Positions 1-8,644 of a stretch of 64,000 nt of DNA are shown in pieces. A program made the position numbers and the translations under genes. The notes beneath the pieces are model-generated. The model searched no databases and was not told where the DNA came from. It saw only the letters and a program-made list of their open reading frames with translations. The stretch covers positions 30,975 to 94,974 of the forward strand of contig JAIFNN010000058.1 of assembly GCA_020047715.1 (NCBI GenBank), read 5' to 3'. The stretch's first letter is position 1; each line of letters opens with the position of its first letter. The stretch is from Bacteroidota bacterium. GTDB taxonomy: Bacteria; Bacteroidota; Bacteroidia; Bacteroidales; GCA-2748055.

Positions 1-1593
1 TTGGTGGAAAAGGAAGAACAAATACTTATCCGCTATACACTTGAGGAGGCAACTTCTCCAACTTTTTTAAAATTCAAACCATTTCTCGCTTTTCGTAACA
101 TGCATTCCCTTAGCAAAGCGAATCTGTTTGCCAACACAAAATACCAATCGGTTAAAAACGGGATTGTTTCGAAGTTATATGAGGAGCTTCCTTCCTTATA
201 TATGCAGTTCAACAAGGATGTTGAGTTTGTTTCGGCCCCCGATTGGTATTTTAATATCGAATACATGGAGGAGCAGAACAGGGGTTACGATTTCAAGGAA
301 GATCTTTTTGTTCCCGGGTACTTTGAGTGTCCCATAAAGAAAGGGGAGAGCATTATATTCTCCGGCAGCACATCTCTGGTTGGGTCGCCCATCAATCTTC
401 TTGAAAAGTACAACACGGAAAAATCAAAAAGGATTGCAAGGGACAGTTTCAAGTTGTGTCTTATTAACTCAGCTGAGCAATTTCTTGTCTATACGGAAGA
501 TCGCACAGAAATCGTTGCCGGCTTTCCCTGGTTTGGAACCTGGGGCCGCGACACCTTTATTTCCTTGCCGGGGATTACCCTTACAATAGGGAAAATCAAG
601 CAGGCCAAAGATGTAATAGACACAATGGTTAAGCGGATGAAAGCTGGCCTTTTCCCAAATATGGGCGATAACGACAATCCAGCCTTCAACTCGGTGGATG
701 CGCCTCTATGGTTTTTCTGGTCTCTGCAGCAATATCAGAAGTATGATAAGAAAATCGATATCTGGAAAACCTACAAAGCTCCTATAACCAATATCCTTAA
801 TGCTTATCGAGACGGGACTGTTTTTAACATCCGCATGCTGGAGAATGGAATGATATGGGCCGGGCAACCTGGCAAAGCGCTAACCTGGATGGATGCGGTG
901 ACCGATTCGGGTCCGGTTACACCCCGCATGGGCATGGATGTCGAAATCAACGCATTGTGGTACAACGCTTTATGCGCATGCCTCGAATGGGCGCGTGCGG
1001 CCAAAGACACGAAATTTGTCAAGGATTGGAACGAGCTGCCCGAAATGATAAATAATTCCTTTATAGCCACCTTCTGGGATGAGAAAAAGGGATATCTCGC
1101 CGATTATGTGGATGGCGACTATAAAGACTTCAGCGTCAGACCAAATCAGATCATTGCTGCTGCACTTGAATTTACCCCGGTTACGAAAGACATGAAAAAG
1201 AGTATTATTGATATTGTTGCCAGATATCTGCTAACTCCCAAGGGCTTGCGTTCTCTTTCCCCCAAAGATGAGAAATACAATTCCTGTTATGAGGGCAATC
1301 AGAATTCGCGGGATTCTGCTTATCATCAGGGAACAGTCTGGCCTTGGCTGCTGCAGTTTTATGTAAAGGCATACCTTGATTTATACAAGGCAGGAGGGCT
1401 AAGCACTGTGAAACAGCTTTATCACGGGTTTGAGGAAGACATGCTTGTTCATGGGATCGGATCTATTTCTGAAATATACGACGGTGATCCTCCACATACT
1501 CCCAGAGGGGCCATATCACAAGCATGGAGCGTTGCCTCTGTGCTGAGGATCGGGGAAATGATCGAAAAACTTGAATCTGAAACCAAAAACTAA
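1..1593 (+). CDS. Glycogen debranching enzyme (amylo-alpha-1,6-glucosidase, GDE C-terminal / GH133-type), 5'-partial at the window edge
   Basis: Open from base 1. Motifs GFPWFGTWGRDTFISLPG, SAYHQGTVWPWL and ISEIYDGDPPHTPRGAISQAWSVA are typical of amylo-1,6-glucosidase domains. The N-terminus lies upstream of the window. Confidence 0.85.
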   Translation: MVEKEEQILIRYTLEEATSPTFLKFKPFLAFRNMHSLSKANLFANTKYQSVKNGIVSKLYEELPSLYMQFNKDVEFVSAPDWYFNIEYMEEQNRGYDFKEDLFVPGYFECPIKKGESIIFSGSTSLVGSPINLLEKYNTEKSKRIARDSFKLCLINSAEQFLVYTEDRTEIVAGFPWFGTWGRDTFISLPGITLTIGKIKQAKDVIDTMVKRMKAGLFPNMGDNDNPAFNSVDAPLWFFWSLQQYQKYDKKIDIWKTYKAPITNILNAYRDGTVFNIRMLENGMIWAGQPGKALTWMDAVTDSGPVTPRMGMDVEINALWYNALCACLEWARAAKDTKFVKDWNELPEMINNSFIATFWDEKKGYLADYVDGDYKDFSVRPNQIIAAALEFTPVTKDMKKSIIDIVARYLLTPKGLRSLSPKDEKYNSCYEGNQNSRDSAYHQGTVWPWLLQFYVKAYLDLYKAGGLSTVKQLYHGFEEDMLVHGIGSISEIYDGDPPHTPRGAISQAWSVASVLRIGEMIEKLESETKN

Positions 1594-1607
1594 TCTCTGT
1601 TAAGCCT

Positions 1608-2894
1608 ATGAAGGTCCTAATGTTCGGCTGGGAATTTCCACCTCATATCTCTGGAGGTCTGGGTACTGCTTCTTATGGTCTTACCAAAGGCATGAGTAAA
1701 ATCCCTGGAATGCAAATCAAATTTGTTGTTCCAAAAGCTTATGGGGATGAAGACCAGAGTCGGATGCGCATTGTGGGCGCCAACGATATCGAAATCAATA
1801 AAAAGCTCATTAATTACGAGAGCTTTCTGAACGAAATCGAATATATACAGATAAATTCCAAAATTGTTCCCTATACCGACCCTGATGAATACTACACTGC
1901 CGTCAAAGAGGCAAATGAGGAAGGTCGGTCATTTATTTACACAAACTTCAGGGGGAAATTGCCCTTTACGGGAAAGTATGGGGCTGACCTCTATCACGAA
2001 ATAGCCAATTATGCTGTTGTGGCATCCGAGCTAGCTGAAGAAGGCGATTTCGATGTTATTCATGCTCACGACTGGCTTACCTTCCCAGCAGGCATTGCTG
2101 CGAAGAGAGTGTCGGGAAAGCCCTTGGTTATCCATGTGCATGCAACCGATTTCGACCGCAGCGGAGGAAGCGTTAATCCGGCAGTGTTTGACATTGAGAT
2201 GAAGGGAATGCGCATAGCCGACAAAATTGTTGCGGTTTCCAATCTCACCCGAAACACCATTATCGAAAAATACGGGATTGCCCCGGATAAGGTAGTTACT
2301 GTTCATAATGCAGTTGAGCCCCTGGAAGAAGCTGAGAAGCTTATACTCAAGAGGAATGTCAACGATAAAATTGTTACTTTCCTAGGAAGGGTGACCCTTC
2401 AAAAAGGTCCGGAATACTTTGTTGAGGCAGCCTATAAAGTCCTTCAGAAAATGGATAACGTGCGATTTGTGATGGCCGGAAGCGGCGAATTGCTCAATCG
2501 GATGATTATACGTGCCGCATCTTTGCGAATCGCCGACAAGTTTCATTTCACGGGATTTCTTAAAGGCGACGATGTGTACCGTATGTTCTCCGTTAGCGAT
2601 GTTTATGTGATGCCTTCGGTTTCTGAACCTTTCGGGATATCTCCTCTGGAGGCCATGCAATCGAATGTGCCCGTAATTATTTCGCACCAGTCTGGGGTTT
2701 CAGAAGTACTGCAGTACGCCATGAAGGTCGATTTTTGGGATATCGATGCTATGGCTGATGCCATCTATGGGTTATTAAATTACAGTGCCTTGTCGGATAT
2801 GTTTAAAGCACACGGAAAAGAAGAAGTGGAGAATATGAAATGGGAGAATTCGGCGCTTAAAGTAAACGAGGTATATCAATCAGTTGTAAAATAA
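1608..2894 (+). CDS. Glycosyltransferase family 4 (GT-B, group 1)
   Basis: N-terminal GGLGTASYGL glycine loop and a C-terminal EPFGISPLEAM (E-x7-E) motif. Starts 15 nt after the GDE stop, so same operon. Confidence 0.8.
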   Translation: MKVLMFGWEFPPHISGGLGTASYGLTKGMSKIPGMQIKFVVPKAYGDEDQSRMRIVGANDIEINKKLINYESFLNEIEYIQINSKIVPYTDPDEYYTAVKEANEEGRSFIYTNFRGKLPFTGKYGADLYHEIANYAVVASELAEEGDFDVIHAHDWLTFPAGIAAKRVSGKPLVIHVHATDFDRSGGSVNPAVFDIEMKGMRIADKIVAVSNLTRNTIIEKYGIAPDKVVTVHNAVEPLEEAEKLILKRNVNDKIVTFLGRVTLQKGPEYFVEAAYKVLQKMDNVRFVMAGSGELLNRMIIRAASLRIADKFHFTGFLKGDDVYRMFSVSDVYVMPSVSEPFGISPLEAMQSNVPVIISHQSGVSEVLQYAMKVDFWDIDAMADAIYGLLNYSALSDMFKAHGKEEVENMKWENSALKVNEVYQSVVK

Positions 2895-2919
2895 ACACGG
2901 TTATAAGAAATAGCAACCT

Positions 2920-4383
2920 ATGAGAACAATATGCTTATACTTTCAGATCCACCAGCCATTCAGATTCAGGAGATACCGTTTCTTCGATATTGGAGGTGAG
3001 CATTATTACTATGATGATTACATGAACGAGAGCATTTTGCGAAAAGTGGCCGATAAATGCTACCTTCCTGCCAATGCTGTTATGCTCGATTTAATTAATA
3101 AATATGAGGGCAAATTCAAAATAGCCTTTTCAATTTCCGGAACCGCCATCGACCAGTTTGAACTCTATGCTCCAGAGGTAATTGAGAGTTTCAGGAAGCT
3201 CGCCAAAACCGGTTGCGTCGAGTTTTTGTCAGAAACCTACTCGCATAGCCTGGCTTCCCTCTCAAACCGAGAGGAATTTGAAAAGCAGGTGGCTAAGCAT
3301 AAAGAAAAAATTATTGAGCTTTTTGAGGTCGAACCTACTGTTTTTAGAAACACAGAGTTGATCTATTCTGATGAAATCGGCTCGATGGTTGCCGACATGG
3401 GCTATAAGGCAATGATTACGGAGGGCGCAAAACACGTTCTCGGTTGGAAAAGTCCCAATTTCCTCTACTTCAATGCGCTTAACCCAAAACTTAAGGTGCT
3501 CCTCAAGAATTTCAAGCTTAGCGACGATATAGCATTCCGCTTTTCAAACAAAGCATGGTCGGAGTACCCTCTTACCGCTGAAAAGTTTGTTTCGTGGATC
3601 AAGGCAATCGACAAAAATGAGGAAACAGTTAATCTATTCATGGATTATGAGACTTTTGGCGAACGGCAAAAAAAGGAAACTGGCATTTTTGAATTCCTCA
3701 AGGCTTTTCCCGCTATGGTTTTTAAGAATACCAAGTTCAAATTCAGTACGCCTTCGGAAGTCGTCCAATCGCTCCAGCCCGTGGCCGCCGTTCATGTGCC
3801 GCATGCAATTTCATGGGCCGATGAGGAGCGCGACCTGACAGCCTGGCTTGGCAATGAACTGCAATGGCAGGCTTTTGGAAAGTTGTATGAATTGCAGGAA
3901 AAAGTCAAACAGGCCAACGATCCCAAACTTCAAAAGGATTTCGAATATTTCCAGGTGAGCGATCATTTCTATTATATGAGCACCAAGTTCTTCTCCGATG
4001 GGGAGGTGCATTCCTACTACAATCCATATGACAGCCCCTATGAGGCGTTTATTAATTACATGAACGTTCTTAGTGATTTTGAGATCAGGTTAAACAGCAT
4101 TTTATCCAAGGATTGCAGTGTTGAAGTGCAGCGCCTGAGCAAACTGCTCCAGGAAAAGGAACAACTGATTATCAAATATGCCGATCAGCTAAATAAAGAC
4201 GATGATTATAGGAGGCCCCCTACGAAAAAAACAGTCAAAAAGACAAAATCCGTTGGCGTAAGTGCTGAAAAGTCAATTAAGAAATCTCCTGCCGGAAAGA
4301 TCGTTGAGAAAGCGAATACAGCTGCTGAAAAGCCGAAAAAAATAGGCTTGCAGGAAAGGTTAATAAGAAAAAATAAATTTTAA
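2920..4383 (+). CDS. Glycoside hydrolase family 57 (alpha-amylase-like) with a lysine-rich C-terminal tail
   Basis: N-terminus ICLYFQIHQPFRFRRY and FMDYETFGE are GH57-like. The last ~60 aa are K/P/A-rich low complexity. Confidence 0.8.
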   Translation: MRTICLYFQIHQPFRFRRYRFFDIGGEHYYYDDYMNESILRKVADKCYLPANAVMLDLINKYEGKFKIAFSISGTAIDQFELYAPEVIESFRKLAKTGCVEFLSETYSHSLASLSNREEFEKQVAKHKEKIIELFEVEPTVFRNTELIYSDEIGSMVADMGYKAMITEGAKHVLGWKSPNFLYFNALNPKLKVLLKNFKLSDDIAFRFSNKAWSEYPLTAEKFVSWIKAIDKNEETVNLFMDYETFGERQKKETGIFEFLKAFPAMVFKNTKFKFSTPSEVVQSLQPVAAVHVPHAISWADEERDLTAWLGNELQWQAFGKLYELQEKVKQANDPKLQKDFEYFQVSDHFYYMSTKFFSDGEVHSYYNPYDSPYEAFINYMNVLSDFEIRLNSILSKDCSVEVQRLSKLLQEKEQLIIKYADQLNKDDDYRRPPTKKTVKKTKSVGVSAEKSIKKSPAGKIVEKANTAAEKPKKIGLQERLIRKNKF

Positions 4384-4399
4384 TCGATTACAAGAAGTT

Positions 4400-7300
4400 A
4401 TGAATAAGGAAAGAATTAGCCCTAGTTATATTTTTGAAGTTAGTTGGGAAGTATGTAACAAGGTTGGGGGAATACATACGGTTATTTCTACCAAAGCGGT
4501 AACACTACTCAAAGAGTTTGGAGATAAATATATTGCCATCGGTCCCGATGTGTGGAGAGATGATTCCGAGCACCCGGAGTTTAGCGAGGATTTCAATCTT
4601 TTAGCCGCCTGGAAGCAACAGGCTGCTGCGGAAGGTCTCCGCGTAAGGGTAGGCCGATGGAAAATTACCGGAAATCCCATGGCAATCCTGGTGGATTTCA
4701 CAACTTTGTTTTCGAAAAAAGATGAAGTTTTCAGCAAGTTTTGGGAAACCTACAAGCTCGACTCTATTGCGGGTCAGTGGGATTATATCGAACCCAGCCT
4801 TTTCGGTTATGCCTCTGGCCAGGTTATCGAAAGTTATTGCAAATTTTTCCTTTCCCCGGGCGACAAGATAATTTCCCATTTTCACGAATGGATGACAGGC
4901 GCAGGCCTGCTGTACCTTCGCGATGTGCTGCCACAAGCCGGTACCGTGTTTACAACCCACGCAACCGTTGTGGGGCGCTCGGTGGCAGGAAACCTTCTGC
5001 CGCTTTACAGCAAAATGAAAGAATATAATGGGGATGTTAAGGCCTCTGAGTTTAACGTGGCGGCCAAACAATCCATGGAGAAGATGTCTGCACGCTTTGC
5101 TGATGCTTTTACAACTGTTAGTGACCTTACTGCAAAAGAATGCGAGCAGTTTCTTCAAAAAGAAGTTGACCTGGTAACCCCCAATGGTTTTGAGGACGGA
5201 TTTGTTCCGAACGCTATTGATTTTCCTAACAAACGAAAAGTTGCCAGGAAGAAACTCCTCGAAGTTGCTTCTGCCCTTCTTGGAGAAGAATTTGGCGATG
5301 ATGCTTTCCTTGTTGCAAACAGCGGACGGTATGAGTTTAAAAACAAGGGGATAGACTTGTTTATCGACTCCCTTGGAAGACTTAAGCATGAGGGTTCGCT
5401 CAAGCGAAAACTTATAGCTTTTATTTTAATACCTGCCAATCATTATGGACCCCGCAAGGATCTGCTTGAAAAACTCGAAGGCAAAGGCCATGAGATTCAG
5501 GGAGAAAATTTCCTTACGCATAACCTTCATTATGCTGAAAACGATCCTATTCTGGGCCGGTTTAAAGCAGCGGGTTTATTCAATCAGATCGGCGACGATG
5601 TTAGGGTAATTTTCGTTCCTTCCTACCTGAACGCGGTGGATGGAATCTTTAACATGATGTATTACGATTTGCTTATCGGATTTGATCTTACCGTCTTCCC
5701 TTCCTACTACGAACCTTGGGGGTACACACCAATGGAGAGTCTTGCATTCCACATCCCAACCATTACAACAAGTCTGGCAGGTTTTGGCCTCTGGACCAGG
5801 GATACCTACAAAGATGCAGGGAACGGAATTTTTGTAATAGATCGCGACGATTATAACGACAGCGAAGTGGTTGAGGGGATAAGCGAAGCCATCCGGATTA
5901 TGGATAAACTTCCGCAAAAGGGAATGAAGGATGCCCGCGATAAGGCTTTTGATATTTCCAGAATCGCCCTTTGGTCAAACCTGATAGATTATTATTACAG
6001 GGCTTTTGATGTGGCTCTTACCAAAGTAATGGAGCGAGTTGACACTTTCGTTGAACATGAAAGAGTAGAGCAGTTGCCCCAGCTTTCAGAAAACCTTGGC
6101 ATCTCCCCAGTATGGAAAAGGGTGCTGGTTCAGCAGATCCTGCCCGAAAACCTTCAGCCCCTGGATGAACTTAGCAAGAACCTCTGGTGGTGCTGGAATC
6201 AGGATGCCATTGAGCTTTTTGAGTCGGTCGATCCAAAACTTTGGAAGGAAACCGCTGAGAACCCAATTGAATTGCTCGAAAGAATTCCTTTCGACACTTT
6301 GAATAAGCTCTGCGAAAATCAATCGTTTCTCAATCGCCTTGCCTTTGTTTATGATCATTTTAAAGCCTATATGGCCGAAAAGCCAAAGGATGGCCCAACT
6401 GTAGGTTACTTCAGCATGGAGTTTGGCCTGCACGATTCCCTGAAAATCTATTCCGGAGGTCTTGGTCTGCTGGCAGGTGATTACCTCAAAGAGGCAAGTG
6501 ATCATAACTATAAAATTATTGGGATAGGCTTCCTTTATACCTATGGGTATTTTAAGCAACTTATGTCGGTTGCAGGTGAACAGATGTCTGTTTCAGAACA
6601 TCAGGTATTTTCCAAAACTCCGGCCCAGCCTGTTTATGAGGAAAACGGAGATTTCAAGAAAATTCGCATAGTCTTTCCCGGTCGAGACCTGACCGCTCGC
6701 ATCTGGCAGGTCAATGTTGGGAGAGTTAAGCTTTATCTGCTTGACACCGATATCGATGAGAATCAGGAGCACGATCGTTCGATTACGCATCAGTTATATG
6801 GGGGGAACAACGAAAACCGACTTAAGCAGGAAATCCTTCTAGGGATTGGCGGAATCCGGGCCTTACGGGCATTGGGGCTACACCCCGACGTGTACCATTG
6901 CAATGAGGGACATGCTGCGTTTATCGGACTTGAACGTCTTCGCGAGTTAATCCAAAACAAGAATCACACCTACCCTGAAGCACTTGAGATCGTAAGGTCA
7001 GCTTCCTTGTTTACAACCCATACCCCTGTTCCGGCAGGACATGATTATTTCACTGAGGATCTCATGAGGGCCTACATAGCTCATTATCCAATGCGCTTGA
7101 AAATCACATGGAACCAGCTGATGAATCTGGGTAAGATGCACCCGAATTCGGGTAGCGAGAAATTCTCAATGAGCTGCCTGGCCGTTAATCTTTCTCAGGA
7201 AGTAAACGGGGTTTCGCGCTTGCACGGAAAAGTGAGCCGTGATATGTTCGCCGATATGTGGGCCGGGTATCTTTCCGAAGAGGTCCCAATAGGATATGTA

Positions 7301-8641
7301 ACAAACGGAGTACATATTCCAACTTGGATTTCAAAAAGGTGGAAAGAACTTTATCATAGGGAACTGGATGGTGATTTCTACAAAAAGCAGGACGACAGAA
7401 CCATGTGGGCCAAAATTAATAATGTGGATCCTGCTGAAATCTGGAAAATTAAAAGTCTTGAGCGAAAGGAACTTGTCGATTTTATAAAGGACGCTATTGT
7501 ATCAAACTCCCTCAAGTCCTATGAAGATCCGAAAACCATTGCGGAGATACAGGATAAACTTGACCCAAATGCACTAACCATTGGCTTTGCGAGACGGTTT
7601 GCGACATACAAACGTGCACACCTTCTTTTTATGGACCTAAACCGTTTGGCGGCAATCGTGAACAACCCGTTTATGCCGGTTCAGATCTTCTTTGCCGGAA
7701 AGGCCCATCCGCAAGACAAGATGGGGGCGGACCTGATCAAAATGATTGTGGAAATTTCTCGCAGGCCTGAGTTTAAGGGCAAGATTCTATTCCTCCCGGG
7801 ATATGAAATTGCTCTTGCCAAGAAGCTAATACATGGCGTTGATATTTGGTTGAATACACCCACCCGGCCGCTTGAAGCTTCCGGCACCAGCGGCGAAAAA
7901 GCAGTGATGAACGGCGATTTGCACTTCAGCGTTCTCGACGGCTGGTGGGCTGAAGGCTATAAGCCCGGAGCCGGTTGGGCGCTGGATGAAGAGAAGAGTT
8001 ATGATAATCAGGATTTCCAGGATCAGTTGGATGCTGAAACAATCTATTCCCTGATTGAAAACGAAATCACCCCTGCCTTCTACAAACGAGATGCACGTGG
8101 AGTGCCAACAGCATGGGTGTCGATGATCCAGAAATCAATTACCGAAGTGTGTCCGGAGTTTACAATGAACCGCCAGTTGCTCGATTATATCCGTCAATAT
8201 TATGAGCCTCTTTATAAAAGAACTCTCAAGATGCGCGAAAAGGATTATGATATGGCTGCAATCATTGCAACATGGAAAAAGAAGATCCTGAGCACATGGA
8301 ACGATATAGAGATCGTTTCAATTACATATCCCCAAATGGATAATCAGATTGTTTGCCTTGGGAATCATTATTTTTCAACCCTTGTGCTCGATCTTAAAGG
8401 GCTTAGGGCTGAAGAGATTGGAGTTGAGCTTGTTGTTGCGGAATTGGAAACCAAGAGCCGTAAACCCCAGATTATTGAGAAACGGGAGTTCACCCTTTCG
8501 AAGAAAGAGGGTTCCAAAGCCTGGTATGAGATTGAGTTTTCACCTACCCGACCCGGAATTTTTGATTTCGGTATCAGGATGTTTCCTAAACATAAACTAC
8601 TTGCACACAGGCAGGATTTGCCACTGCTGCGTTGGATCTGA
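4400..8641 (+). CDS. Fusion protein: N-terminal eukaryote-type glycogen synthase (GT3), C-terminal alpha-glucan phosphorylase (GT35 with a DUF3417-type N-terminal region)
   Basis: One uninterrupted 1413-aa ORF. SWEVCNKVGGIHTVISTKA is the GT3 glycogen synthase signature. After about aa 575, NLWWCWNQDAIELFESVDPKLW (DUF3417-like) and LEASGTSGEKAVMNG (GT35 PLP-lysine motif, Lys codon at 7898-7900). Confidence 0.85.
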   Translation: MNKERISPSYIFEVSWEVCNKVGGIHTVISTKAVTLLKEFGDKYIAIGPDVWRDDSEHPEFSEDFNLLAAWKQQAAAEGLRVRVGRWKITGNPMAILVDFTTLFSKKDEVFSKFWETYKLDSIAGQWDYIEPSLFGYASGQVIESYCKFFLSPGDKIISHFHEWMTGAGLLYLRDVLPQAGTVFTTHATVVGRSVAGNLLPLYSKMKEYNGDVKASEFNVAAKQSMEKMSARFADAFTTVSDLTAKECEQFLQKEVDLVTPNGFEDGFVPNAIDFPNKRKVARKKLLEVASALLGEEFGDDAFLVANSGRYEFKNKGIDLFIDSLGRLKHEGSLKRKLIAFILIPANHYGPRKDLLEKLEGKGHEIQGENFLTHNLHYAENDPILGRFKAAGLFNQIGDDVRVIFVPSYLNAVDGIFNMMYYDLLIGFDLTVFPSYYEPWGYTPMESLAFHIPTITTSLAGFGLWTRDTYKDAGNGIFVIDRDDYNDSEVVEGISEAIRIMDKLPQKGMKDARDKAFDISRIALWSNLIDYYYRAFDVALTKVMERVDTFVEHERVEQLPQLSENLGISPVWKRVLVQQILPENLQPLDELSKNLWWCWNQDAIELFESVDPKLWKETAENPIELLERIPFDTLNKLCENQSFLNRLAFVYDHFKAYMAEKPKDGPTVGYFSMEFGLHDSLKIYSGGLGLLAGDYLKEASDHNYKIIGIGFLYTYGYFKQLMSVAGEQMSVSEHQVFSKTPAQPVYEENGDFKKIRIVFPGRDLTARIWQVNVGRVKLYLLDTDIDENQEHDRSITHQLYGGNNENRLKQEILLGIGGIRALRALGLHPDVYHCNEGHAAFIGLERLRELIQNKNHTYPEALEIVRSASLFTTHTPVPAGHDYFTEDLMRAYIAHYPMRLKITWNQLMNLGKMHPNSGSEKFSMSCLAVNLSQEVNGVSRLHGKVSRDMFADMWAGYLSEEVPIGYVTNGVHIPTWISKRWKELYHRELDGDFYKKQDDRTMWAKINNVDPAEIWKIKSLERKELVDFIKDAIVSNSLKSYEDPKTIAEIQDKLDPNALTIGFARRFATYKRAHLLFMDLNRLAAIVNNPFMPVQIFFAGKAHPQDKMGADLIKMIVEISRRPEFKGKILFLPGYEIALAKKLIHGVDIWLNTPTRPLEASGTSGEKAVMNGDLHFSVLDGWWAEGYKPGAGWALDEEKSYDNQDFQDQLDAETIYSLIENEITPAFYKRDARGVPTAWVSMIQKSITEVCPEFTMNRQLLDYIRQYYEPLYKRTLKMREKDYDMAAIIATWKKKILSTWNDIEIVSITYPQMDNQIVCLGNHYFSTLVLDLKGLRAEEIGVELVVAELETKSRKPQIIEKREFTLSKKEGSKAWYEIEFSPTRPGIFDFGIRMFPKHKLLAHRQDLPLLRWI

Positions 8642-8644
8642 GAT

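Noticed and set aside
4601-5389. 262-aa ORF antisense to the GT3-GT35 gene. Similar long antisense or alternate-frame ORFs occur at 6086-6559, 14315-14728, 19493-20038, 24284-24871, 32091-32717, 38276-38734, 43158-43661, 46964-47833 and 55805-56236.
   Set aside because: Each lies entirely inside a well-supported gene with clear family motifs. The translations are compositionally odd (rich in Cys, His, Arg and Phe) and carry no recognisable motif, so they are typical shadow ORFs.
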